From contig MCFE01000121.1 in the NCBI GenBank assembly GCA_002104905.1, positions 97,867 through 161,866 of the forward strand: DNA of 64,000 bases, read 5' to 3'. Every line of letters starts with the position of its first letter. Position 1 is the first letter of the stretch. The position numbers were made by a program, and so were the translations under genes. Positions 24,744 through 35,364 of the stretch are shown here, piece after piece. The notes below the pieces were generated by a model. It saw only the letters and a list, made by a program, of their open reading frames with translations, was not told where the DNA came from and did not search any database. Source of the stretch: Basidiobolus meristosporus CBS 931.73 (lineage: Eukaryota; Fungi; Basidiobolomycota).

Positions 24744-25040
24744 ACGTGAAATTGAGAAGACTGTGTGTGGCCAAGGAATCTGGATGTGTTTTCAATTTCC
24801 AATTTTTTCTTTTTCGAGGATTTTTTTCAGGATTCAGAATCGATGTTGCCTTCATGTTGATTGATTTGCCATATGAATTACCCAAGTTTATTGTTGGCCG
24901 ATTCATTTAGCGTGTCAACATTGTTACTGCCCGATGGATCCATTTACCATGTCAACACTGCTACTGCCAGATGGATAAGAAAAGGAAAGATCTGTGTGAC
25001 TGTCAACGTCACAAAATACATAGCCCTTCAGCCTACCTTT

Positions 25041-25457
25041 CTACAAGCCCGTCTCAAGTCCATCATCCCATTGACCTTCCTCACTCCCACCGTTATCCTG
25101 ATCCTCATCGTGATCGCACTCTCCATCATCAGAGCTGTCATCAGCATCTGAGCCGCTGTCGCCCTCGCTATCTTCGCCATCATCCTCACTATCCGCATCA
25201 TCTTCACTGTCCTCACTACCCGCATCATCTTCACTGTCCTGACTATCCTCACTATCATCCTCACTATCCTTACCACCATCTTCACTATGGTTGTGATAGC
25301 CATCATCCTCACATCCTCCAAGGTCACATTCATGCCTTGCCAACCCAGTGGATATCTTGGACACGCTCAAGTCAACTGATCGGTCTGAATAGGGAAGCGC
25401 ATGATTGACGGAAAGTAAGCTTAATAAGCCCAACGCCAGTGGAAGTTTCGAATGCAT
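25041..25457 (-). CDS. Small secreted Asp/Glu-rich protein; frame stays open ~38 codons past its TAG
   Basis: Signal peptide MHSKLPLALGLLSLLSVNHA; CDLGGCEDD motif; (S)EDD repeats; WDDGLETGL*KGRLKGY. Confidence 0.7.
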   Translation of the reverse strand: MHSKLPLALGLLSLLSVNHALPYSDRSVDLSVSKISTGLARHECDLGGCEDDGYHNHSEDGGKDSEDDSEDSQDSEDDAGSEDSEDDADSEDDGEDSEGDSGSDADDSSDDGECDHDEDQDNGGSEEGQWDDGLETGL

Positions 25458-26167
25458 CACTGCAGGCGGTGGACGAAAAAAGGCAAGCGTGGGCTATAAA
25501 TAAAGCATATCTGCACTCCAAACGATGTTACAGATCGGGTTAATTGGGGGGGGGGGTTAGTTAAGACAGAGTGATTAAGTGGTGGCACATGCGACTAACA
25601 TTGACTCAATATGAGATTCCAAGATAATGCGCAGCTTCGGATTCATTGGCGACACAAATATTGGGCGAGGTATTAAGCACTATCGCGACTCCATCTGCCT
25701 GCAGTTTGTTGGTACCCAAGCTCGACCCAAGCAGACCGTGATCTAGATGGGTGTTTACATTGGAGTGAAACCAAGCGATAGCAACTGAAACATCGACCTT
25801 AACGAGTAGCAAGCGAAATTCGTATGTGAAGATCGTTGAGCCAAGCAGGATTGTGGAGGAAGGGGAACGAAAATTTTTCGTATCTGTTCGAGATAAGGGT
25901 TTGTTACATTACAATCGAATGTGCAGCGAATTTTCCTAAACGATGGATTATTTACTCACTTATTTGCTCACTGCTTCCCTATTATCTGACTCACAGCCAA
26001 TCGGGGATGCGATGGGAGCGAGCATGTCGGCTAAAACTGATGAATAATAAATGAATCGCCTGGTATTATATGGTTTCTACTCCGTTGCTCTCCTCTTAGC
26101 ATGTGGGGCGAGGGAGAGGGAGAGGGCGAGTGAGAGGGCTCAGGAGATGCTCCGTCCACCTATATAA

Positions 26168-27512
26168 ATGGCCGATCCCACGAGTTCTGTATTTGGTTAT
26201 TTTATTGACTTTCTCGCGAAACACCAAACGACCATTGACAACCACCACTCTTCCACTCCTATGATGATGTGTGATTCAATTACGAAAAAGGACTCCATCG
26301 CTATCACGCCAACCAAACTGTCCTGTGAGTGTGAGCACCTGGAACCATTATCTACCGTCAACGACAAGTACCTCGTCGACAGATCCTCTCGCAAGGACTC
26401 GGTATGTGCTTGATAGAACCCCGCCTCATCCCCCTCTCTTCCCCATTCCTCTCCACGCTCCCCTTCCCTCGGATGTTCTGGGTGTTGTCGATCCGTATAT
26501 AACCTTTGTTTGTTTTCTTGAACCATCTCAGAGTGAGCTCTCGATCATTGAATTCGGTATTCGACTGTCCGATCTTGCCCCGATCGTATTCAAGACCATC
26601 CCAGAAAGGGAGCTGGCTGAGCGCGAGGTCTCTGTGATCAACGCGACTGGCTACCATCCAAACATCCTTCAGCTGGAGGAGAAGCTCATGGATGATGAAG
26701 GCAGGACTGTCCTGGTCATGCCTCTGCTGAAAAAGATCGACATGCTCAACAAGGACCTCAGCGGAGTAGCGGTCATGATTCGAGACCTGATGAAGGTAGG
26801 CGCTTGTATGGTTCGGTGACAACGCGACGAGGTTGGCTCACCATGGGTCTCTTTCAGGCATTGGCCCATCTGCACTCGAAGGGGATTGCCCACTTGGACA
26901 TTAATCCCAACAATATCATGTGCAACGACGACAACCACCTGGTGCTGATTGACTTTGGGCTGTCGAAGCATTGCTCAGAGGAGCCTATTTCGCCATGCGG
27001 TACTCCAGGTAGCCTGCAATTGCATTGAGCACTGGGGTTCGAGATTTAACCCAATACTGTTGGATCTAGGTTACATTGCGCCTGAGGTATACACCGGCAA
27101 TGCTGTTGGGACTTGTGTAGACATATACAGCGCTGGAATCATCCTTGGCTCTCTGTTGGAGCCTTATGTCCCAGACTGCTACCTCAATTACCTTGGGTGT
27201 CGTTGCGAAATGGATACCCACTCACTCTCCACACTGATCAATTCGCTAGAGGCGTTTGATCAGGAGCGGTGCTACAATATCCGGCCAGCCATTGTCTACG
27301 AAGCAGTCAATCTACTGCAAAGAATGCTGAATCCAAATCCAAATCTACGGATCTCGGCGGCAGACGCACTCAATCACCCGTTCCTTACCGCATCCCCAGC
27401 TGATTTCCAAGGCACTGATATCAACACCTACACCTCAACCCTGCAATTGATTAGATATCACCGATCCCTCTCGGCGTCACCCGCCAGCTCCTACGAATAC
27501 GAATACTACTAA
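26168..27512 (+). CDS. Atypical Ser/Thr protein kinase, 4 exons (true start may be the ATG at ~26260)
   Basis: IVFK, HPNILQL, HLDINPNN, IDFGLS, CGTPG|YIAPE, DIYSAG, RISAADALNHPF. TATATAAA at 26161 abuts the first ATG. Confidence 0.85.
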
Positions 27513-27820
27513 GCAGCCCCCAAACCCTTTCTACCATAGCTTGTACCTACTAATCGCGGCTGAATCTGTATATTGACCACTACACCAACTACTACTTCAT
27601 TTGTATATAAACTATTCTGATTAGAGCACGAGGCCGAGGTGATCGAAAATATAGATGTTTAAATGGTGAAATGCACGTTGAATACGGAGCCAGAATTGCT
27701 CGAGATTGCTTATTCGTTAAATTAAAATTTGCTCGCGGGTGTTTCTGTATTACGTGGATATATTTGTTTCCCGAATTGTATACATATAGGTGTCGATTTC
27801 GCAGCGTCAACTGGTGTACC

Positions 27821-28502
27821 ATGGATTCGAGCACTTCCGCAAAGCCCAAGCCCAGAGGAATCTTGAAGAACCCCCTCAATCCGGAGGGCAGCTCCGAACG
27901 ACCCCACAAGTAAGCAGTCGACTCCCTTTACTTCAAAGCCCTCCGTGCCAGCACCACGTCCACTTTTCTAAACCCGTGTCCACAGATTGAAATGGGACGA
28001 GGACAACCTGCTGCTCACTGAAGCACAAAAAGACTCCACCATGAAAATCGACGAGCCCAAAACCCCCTACGTCCGCTACGATCATGAAAACGACATCGTC
28101 TTGTCCGACCTGGACAGTAAGTTTCCCTACGGTGGGGTCCCTGTTACTGCGAAATCTCTTGTTTGCTCAAGCAATTCTACCTACAGGCATACCTGACATG
28201 AGCCTGAGTGGCTCTGCCACCATACCGCCGCTGGATATTGAATCTCCCTCCAGAGGAGCCCATGTTGTCGAAGAGAACGATTGGTCGGAGGACGAAGAGG
28301 AAGAGCTGGATGAAGAAGGTACGCACGGATGATTGGCCTTGTCGCCCACCATCCCACTGACATGTTGGATTTAGCCAAAGAGAAGCATGAGCGCTTCTTG
28401 AAGATGAGGGCGCAGCACTACCACATGGGGGATGCGCTAAAGCACCCGGTAGACGTGGACGACGACGAATCGCCAGACATGGAGATGGACGAGGATCATT
28501 AG
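27821..28502 (+). CDS. GLC8: Protein phosphatase 1 inhibitor-2 (IPP-2/Glc8 family), 4 exons
   Basis: RGILK (SILK-type motif), [29 protein letters not shown]. Confidence 0.88.
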
Positions 28503-29073
28503 AGAGCAGTCGTCTGTGGCCTATCTTCGTTTACTATAGCACCGGCTCGTAGAAAACCCCCCAATGAAATGCCAATGAGATCTCGCTAGAAAGATTGACT
28601 GTATATGACTATTCAGAAAGAGGATCATTATCGTCAATGAATAAAGAGGATCGTTGATCAGTGTACATCCAATGGCCACCCCCGAACCCTACGTTTGATA
28701 GCAAGATTAGATCGGAAATAAACGCGCACCAATCTGGAGATCCAAGGGAGTGACAAAGCAGTGCGTCGTAAATTGTGGATCACGGTCAGACAATCACTAC
28801 TGACATAGCGGATCCGACAATATCAACGAAGCAATGTTGCTGCATGTTTCGAAATGTCCTCACGCTGAAATAGCCAATTCAATAAGTGCGGGTTTCCAAG
28901 CTAGAAACACCCAAGTAACAGATGAGCCTCACCGATCCCGTCCGGGTATAAATCGTCCGCCCTCGTCACTTTCCAGCTCACTGGTCCACCAGTGTTTCTA
29001 TCCATTGGGCATTGCGTTGTTTGTGAAATCCCTCTTCTGAACCCGATCCAGCGTGCATATTTCCTCACAGACA

Positions 29074-29865
29074 ATGCTCTTCCAAAACATGTTCGATTCC
29101 TCGGTCCTAGCCTCGACGGAGCGCTGTGAGAACCACTACTCCCTCTTCAGCTCGACCCCTAGAGACCTTTGGAGCGACCAGCCACGCGCCCCTTCTCGGC
29201 AAAGTTCATTTTCTTCCAACTCGACCGACTCACCGCCAATGAGTCATCGTGCTCTGTCGAGGGAGAATTCCTGCACTTTCTCAATGCCCGAGTTCGGCCC
29301 CCATGTCCCCAGCGCCCCCTCTAGCACCGCCAATGTCAAGAACCTACTTCTGTACAAGACCGAGCTCTGCCGTTCGTACGAGGAGTCGGGGACCTGTCGC
29401 TACAGCGAGAAGTGCCAGTTCGCGCATGGGGTGGCTCAGCTTCGCGACGTCCCCCGACACCCGAAATACAAGACGCAGATCTGCCGCACGTACTGGGAGC
29501 AGGGTAGCTGTCCATATGGCAAACGCTGCTGCTTTATTCACACCGCGGTTGAGTCGTCAACAGCCCAATGGAACATACAACACAAGTCAGCCAGGCCCAG
29601 CCCCTCAATGATGCCGATCCAGAAGCCCGCCGACAGCAGAGAGCATCTTCACGCGAGAGCAGCATTCGTGGATGGGATGGACCTGCATTCGATCAAGCCC
29701 ACTCGCAACATAATACTAGATGGCTCGTATTCCCCCGCCTCTCCCCAAGCCAAACCGCGAGTCAACAGCGTTCGGGACAACGTACGCGAGGACCTTGCCG
29801 GGTTCTTCTGGGCCTCCAGCATCGGCAAGCAAGGACGCCTCCAGGTTTTCCAGAATTTCAGTTGA
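29074..29865 (+). CDS. Tandem CCCH zinc-finger RNA-binding protein (tristetraprolin/Cth2/Zfs1 family)
   Basis: LYKTELC-x8-C-x5-C-x3-H and KYKTQIC-x8-C-x5-C-x3-H fingers; C-terminal RLQVFQNFS. Confidence 0.92.
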   Translation: MLFQNMFDSSVLASTERCENHYSLFSSTPRDLWSDQPRAPSRQSSFSSNSTDSPPMSHRALSRENSCTFSMPEFGPHVPSAPSSTANVKNLLLYKTELCRSYEESGTCRYSEKCQFAHGVAQLRDVPRHPKYKTQICRTYWEQGSCPYGKRCCFIHTAVESSTAQWNIQHKSARPSPSMMPIQKPADSREHLHARAAFVDGMDLHSIKPTRNIILDGSYSPASPQAKPRVNSVRDNVREDLAGFFWASSIGKQGRLQVFQNFS

Positions 29866-30178
29866 GCGCTGTTCCCCCTCCCAACTTCTTTAAAGACATA
29901 GAGGCGCCTTCCCAAGAGTCAATGTAATAATATTTTAACAGGTTTTAATTAAATTGAACATAGCTGGAAATGGATAGATAGCTATACGCTGCATTTAGCT
30001 CAACCATTGGCTTTGACATCTGATTATGCTTACATCAAACCTTAATTAATTCCAATATGGCAAAGGATTTCTTGGAAGACTGGCCACACCCAATGAATTG
30101 ATCATCTTTCTCGCGAGCGGCCCTGATAAAAAGCCATACTCCACCTTCCCTCCCTTCAACCATCAACCATCATCCATC

Positions 30179-30751
30179 ATGAAACTCCTCTCCTTCCTCC
30201 CGATTGCCAGCTTGTGTTCCATCTCGGTTATGGCCGAATGGTCGATCCTTGACCTTCCCGAGGCCACCCGGGAGAGCATTTGCACCAGACAGACTGCCTA
30301 CTGCTCCAACAACTGTGGTGGCCCAACCGAGGCCCCCAAAAACTTCTGCAACGTCAAAACGATGGGCTGGGGATGCGGCTGTTTGTCCAAGGTCCCCGAC
30401 TTCCGCGAGTACAACTGGCCCATTGTTGCCGAGGAGTGTAAAGCCAAGCGTACCAATTGCCAGGACAAGTGCAATTCCGCGCCTGACGCATCCCGCAATC
30501 AATGTTATTCCGACTGCTCCACAAACTTCCAATGCGAAACCGAGAAGGCCCCTCCCTCATATCTAGAGGTTCCCGATGTAGAGGCTACCCCCCTCTACAC
30601 TGCCTCTTACACCACAACCCCCACCGCAACTGCCTCGGGTGGTGAGGCAACATCTACCCCCGCTGACGGCACATCCGATGCCATTAGCAATGCTGCTCGC
30701 ATGGGAGGAATAGCAGCAGCGGCCATACTCGCCTGCGCACTAACCATCTAA
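30179..30751 (+). CDS. Secreted Cys-rich, probably GPI-anchored protein
   Basis: Signal peptide; Cys-rich domain (CTRQTAYCSNNC...CGC...CQDKC...CYSDC); Thr/Ser stalk; hydrophobic C-terminal tail. Confidence 0.8.
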   Translation: MKLLSFLPIASLCSISVMAEWSILDLPEATRESICTRQTAYCSNNCGGPTEAPKNFCNVKTMGWGCGCLSKVPDFREYNWPIVAEECKAKRTNCQDKCNSAPDASRNQCYSDCSTNFQCETEKAPPSYLEVPDVEATPLYTASYTTTPTATASGGEATSTPADGTSDAISNAARMGGIAAAAILACALTI

Positions 30752-30858
30752 CCTTGTCTATACCAAACTCACCGTTCATGCAAGCCATTTCCACGAGCCA
30801 TTAATATCCCGTATTTAATGAATAAAAGCAAAATTTTCGTCCTTCCACGTTGTCTGGT

Positions 30859-31282
30859 TTATTGATTGTTCTCCTGGGCCTTAAGTCTCTCCAGGCGTTC
30901 TTTGTTGCGTTTCAACAAAATGCGATAAACGTTCTTTCGCTCTATCTCGGTCATTTCCTTCCAGTTGTCGATGCGGCTGATGCTGCCATCTTCGTTCACA
31001 ACTAGGGGTGGTCTGGTTAATTTGATGGGAACGCACATGGAGTAAGCAGAACTACTTACCGACTGGGCCGAGCTCATCAAGTCTAAAAGTGGTGCCTCCT
31101 TCGACTGGGTTGTTGGGATCAGGTGCAGGCAAACCCAAGGTTGGCTTCTCAGAATGCTCGTCCATGTTTTGATCTACAGGTTTGTTGAGTGGTCGTTGGG
31201 TAGTAGAGAAAGGGACTCTACGGAACAGATTCAATGGGGTGGGTTTGCGTACTGGGAGTAAATGGGTGACCCGTTTTATCAT
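30859..31282 (-). CDS. Small conserved fungal protein of unknown function, 2 exons
   Basis: Spliced LDELGPVVVNEDGSISRIDNWKEMTEIERKNVYRILLKRNKERL matches a recognisable uncharacterised fungal motif; GT-AG intron ~31029-31060+. Confidence 0.7.
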
Positions 31283-31540
31283 GACTTTCTTCTAGCTGAG
31301 CGTACCTACCTTCTCGAAAAACAGAAAAGATTAACAAGAAATTTCTAGAATATCCTGCGATCCTGGCCGTGACTAAATATTCTGGCCAGATTTCACACAG
31401 CCATTTGCTTTGTGGATTACACTGATCCTCAATTGACATGGGATCTACAGTGCATAATTGACAACGTTCGAGTAAAATGGCTCACAACAGAGTTACTACC
31501 AATTGTATGGTTTATTGGCTTACATCTACATTTCCTACTT

Positions 31541-32323
31541 TCAGTACCCCACCTTCTTGGTTGACAGAGCAAACACATGAATGTGACCCTTGACTCCCTT
31601 TGTGTACGGGTGGACGTCGTAGATCTCTTTGGCCGTAGGGAACTCCAAATAAGCAATCTCTTTGCTTGGATCGAGGGTCGCTTCAGCGATGTAGATGCGA
31701 ACATCCCCGCCGTTGCTTGCGGCCAATCCATTGACAGCAATCTTGGTACCTGGAGCCAGCTCGATCTTCCATTTCCAGTCCGAGGAGCCGATCTGCTCCA
31801 CCTGCCTGCTGCAGTCTGTATAGACGATGGTGAACTTACCACGGAAGTTACCCATGTCGCTGGACAAGAGGAAGCCGAGCTGAGTAGCTCCAGGCACCGA
31901 GGTGACCTTCACTTTCTGGCCTCGCTCAATCCAATTATCATTCTTTCCCTTGGCCCACTGAGGCAGCATGAACTTGTAACCAGCGACCCTGACCTCCTTT
32001 CCGGGGCCCCAGCCAGCCTTGGTCAAGGACTGTGCCGTGTATCCAGGACCCCTGACCACGGTGTCGTAGTTCGCTGGATCATATTTCTCATTGAAGGTCA
32101 CTGCCTTGTTGTTGAATGGAGCCTGAGTTGCAGGAGCATAGCATTTCTTCTCACCATAGTCCTGGTTCTCCTCCCAGCCTTGATTCTTCCCATTACCGTA
32201 GCCTCCCTCGGAGCCTTGGCTCTCTTCATAGTACTCCCAGCTACCAGGCGTCTCCACCCATTCATCGCCTCTCACAAGCTGGATAGCTGCAACCAATGTG
32301 ATCAAAGAGTAAAGGCAACGCAT
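31541..32323 (-). CDS. Intronless secreted protein with a beta-sandwich domain resembling accessory modules of actinobacterial glycoside hydrolases
   Basis: Signal peptide MRCLYSLITLVAAIQLVRG; YTAQSLTKAGWGPG...NDNWIERGQ...PGATQLGFL...TIVYTD...SDW...LDPSKEIAYLEFP...HIHVFALS; TATA ~72 nt upstream. Confidence 0.75.
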   Translation of the reverse strand: MRCLYSLITLVAAIQLVRGDEWVETPGSWEYYEESQGSEGGYGNGKNQGWEENQDYGEKKCYAPATQAPFNNKAVTFNEKYDPANYDTVVRGPGYTAQSLTKAGWGPGKEVRVAGYKFMLPQWAKGKNDNWIERGQKVKVTSVPGATQLGFLLSSDMGNFRGKFTIVYTDCSRQVEQIGSSDWKWKIELAPGTKIAVNGLAASNGGDVRIYIAEATLDPSKEIAYLEFPTAKEIYDVHPYTKGVKGHIHVFALSTKKVGY

Positions 32324-32619
32324 GATGGGTTGGTCAACTGGGAGGAAGCTAGAGGAGAAGGGAAAGCTATGCCAGAACTCGATATATCCTTGCGCTTTTA
32401 TAGTGGCGGATCTGGGAGACGCATGTGAAACAACGTTACAGAGTAAATGTGACGATTCCATTGACCACTGAGAGCTAGGCACTGCAGGACGTATCTGTGG
32501 CATCTAGATACTTCTGAGGTTTTTATGGTCGAAATTCGCCTCATAAATCGAGATATCAGGATTGTGTAATCTAGCAAGGCCCTCAGCATGTATGGCTTCT
32601 TTGCCAGTATGTTTACATG

Positions 32620-33680
32620 ACGAAGAACATGTTACAGAAGATCCCAAGTACATGTGTGCAATGTTTGGGACTGTTTGGTCTGTTGTAAAAATTTGTAATT
32701 GCACCTAAATATTCACCTAACTTAGTCACTTTGAATATTTTCACCAAAATATCAGGTACCCAGAACATGAAAATTCTCGAAGTTGTCCAAACAGCCCCAA
32801 ACTTTGCACATATGTTTTTGGGATCTTTCTGAACCTATTCTATGTGCTAGCTATGCCAAGACCATGTAAAAGTATAAATATTACTTTTACATTCAATAAA
32901 TCATTAAATGAAAGCCACATAATCTACTTGTTCTCCAAATCACTTCCAATATCTCCAAGACTCTTACAACAAATAAAGGATGTGTAAAAAGTAAGTAGAA
33001 GTCTAACTCTCATGCTGCAGCTAAGCACATTGATATTAGTTACCATTTCACACATGAAGCTATTGAGATTAACTTGGTTGACTTAGTTTACTGTCCCAAA
33101 GATGAAATGATTGCAGAAATACTTACCAAATCATTATCTAGGGACAAACTTGAATACCTTATGTCACATTTGGGATTAGCCAATAAGAGTATTCAGTTGC
33201 ATTGGAGTGTAGTGGGAATTTGTAATTTCACCTTTATATTCACCTAACCTAGAGACTTAAATCATCACCTACAAATCTCGGAGAATACTGACCAAATTCT
33301 TTGTTGGAATATACTTGTAATATTTTCACTAAAACATCAGGTACCCAGAGCATGAAAATTTGATAAGTTATCCAAACAGCCCCAAACTCTGCACACAGTC
33401 TCTTAGGACCTTCCTAAGCATATTCTATGGGTTTTTCTTGCCAAGGTTATGTAGGCATATAATCGCTACTTTTATGTTCAATAAATTATCAAGTGTGAGC
33501 CACAAAAATTACTTGATCTCCCAATCATTTCCAATATCTTCAAAGCTCTTACAACATGCTCTGCCAATATCATGTGAAAGTATGGATACTACTTTTACAC
33601 TCAATAAGTTATTAAGGGAAAACCTCATAATCTACTTGTTCTTCCAGTCACTTCCAATATCTCCAAAACTCTTACAACAA
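32620..33680 (+). mobile_element. Cluster of copia debris: reverse LTR piece, internally deleted LTR 32681-32971, RNase H end, older LTR ~33205-33558, further U5 piece
   Basis: TGTTGTAA...TTACAACA termini; KHIDISYH-type RNase H motif; repeated cacttccaatatctccaa...cttacaaca. Confidence 0.8.
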
Positions 33681-35364
33681 GTTGTATATGCTGCATTCAG
33701 CAAAATCAGCTGAAATTTAGGATCCTGTGCCAGGCATCTCAGAATTGTACCAAAATATTGATGTCAGCCCTGTCACTTAGATCCTGGAATATGACTTCAT
33801 CTATTTCTGCACCCATTTTTTTGGTTGGTATTTACTTTTAATACTCTTAAAAACATCAGGGATCCAGAGTAAACTATTTGTCCAAGTTGCTCAACATGCC
33901 CCAAGTGCAGAAAATATCCCTTAGGCACCTCTTTGGCATACTATTGGCGTAAGTTCTGCCAGGACCTTGCAAAATATAAATGCAGCTTATATATGAAATG
34001 GCATATGTTCAGCCGTATTTGCCAGTAATGGCCCAAGTATACATTGATGCAACTATGCAAATGGTAAGCGTTTAGTAGACATAGGTGGGTCAGTAGCACG
34101 GCCATGTACATCAAGTATATCCTAAGTTGGCTGAAGATTAAAATGTCTTGTAAAATCTAAAGTGACAGCATAATTTGAGTACTGAGTCACAATATTTGCA
34201 GCCTTAATTAATGTTGTATCGAGTGAAAAGGTGCTATGTATACTTTAAAAATGGACATGTCAAATATGTATAGCAGTGACCCATAAGTGTGTGTGCAACT
34301 CTTCCTGACCTGACAAATTTTCATGCACTGGCTACCAGACATTTTGGTGAAAGTATTCCAAGTTACGGGTCACAAAATACCACGAAAGTGGTTTGGAGAA
34401 CTAGAAGAAGTAAACAACTTGTACATAACATTCTGTACCACTCGAAGTCGACTTAGCTCAATAAAGTCGGAACACACCATATTGACATACGTGTTGGGTT
34501 GTATAAGGGTTTTGCATTCAGAGATAGGCACTGGGAACTGATGCACCGCAGTATCAAGACCTAGTCAGATCCAAAATCCCATTCGCACTCCACTATAGTG
34601 AGGAGGTTTTTTCAATTACGGTGATACAATCATCTGATGGCCGTAAGTATCGTGCGCCATCTGCGGAAGAAAGCGTGTTCATAACAACATTCCGAGCAAA
34701 AACAATAGAGTTTTGGGAGATGACACATCATTGGCCTGTCTGTTAATTCCGGATTCGCTTTAACTAAAATAAGGAGAATCATGGCAGCTATTCCGATGGG
34801 GATTGGTTGGCTCTGAAATACAGTTGAATTAAAGTTCGTGCTGTCAAGAATGGTATTGGCAATGGGCATTATACGAAAGAACCTCTGGTTGGCTTCAACG
34901 AGGTGCCTGTCCAGCGTCAGTAAGCTTCTAAGACAGCCTCAAGTATGCCTCGGTAAGTCTCCCAGACAAACCTAAGGCTCAAAGGACATCATCAAGTCCT
35001 CTTTTGGTCGTCCGCAATTTGGGTGAAATCAGGGTGCTGCGGTAAGGGTAGATATACCCAAAACGGCATGAGTAAAAAACAATACCTAAGCCATAAGGCT
35101 AACCCCAAATAAAACTCAGGTGTTACCAGATTAAGATTGGAAAGCAGCAGCGATCGTTTTCCAATGAGTTAGTTAATTAACACTAGGCTCGAGACCAACT
35201 TGGAGCAAACAAGAGACCCGCCCGCTTTTTATAAAAAGTCGGTCCCTCCTCTCTTCCAGTTCAAGCACCTTACGTTTTCCTTGACAGACCATACGTTTTC
35301 CTTGCGTATACCCTCGACTCTTTTTGCCTGACCCCTTTCACATATATCGGATACTTCGCCAAGC

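Noticed and set aside
31577-32428. 283-aa antisense ORF opposite the secreted bacterial-domain gene
   Set aside because: Mirror ORF; the minus-strand frame has the signal peptide, TATA and recognisable domain.
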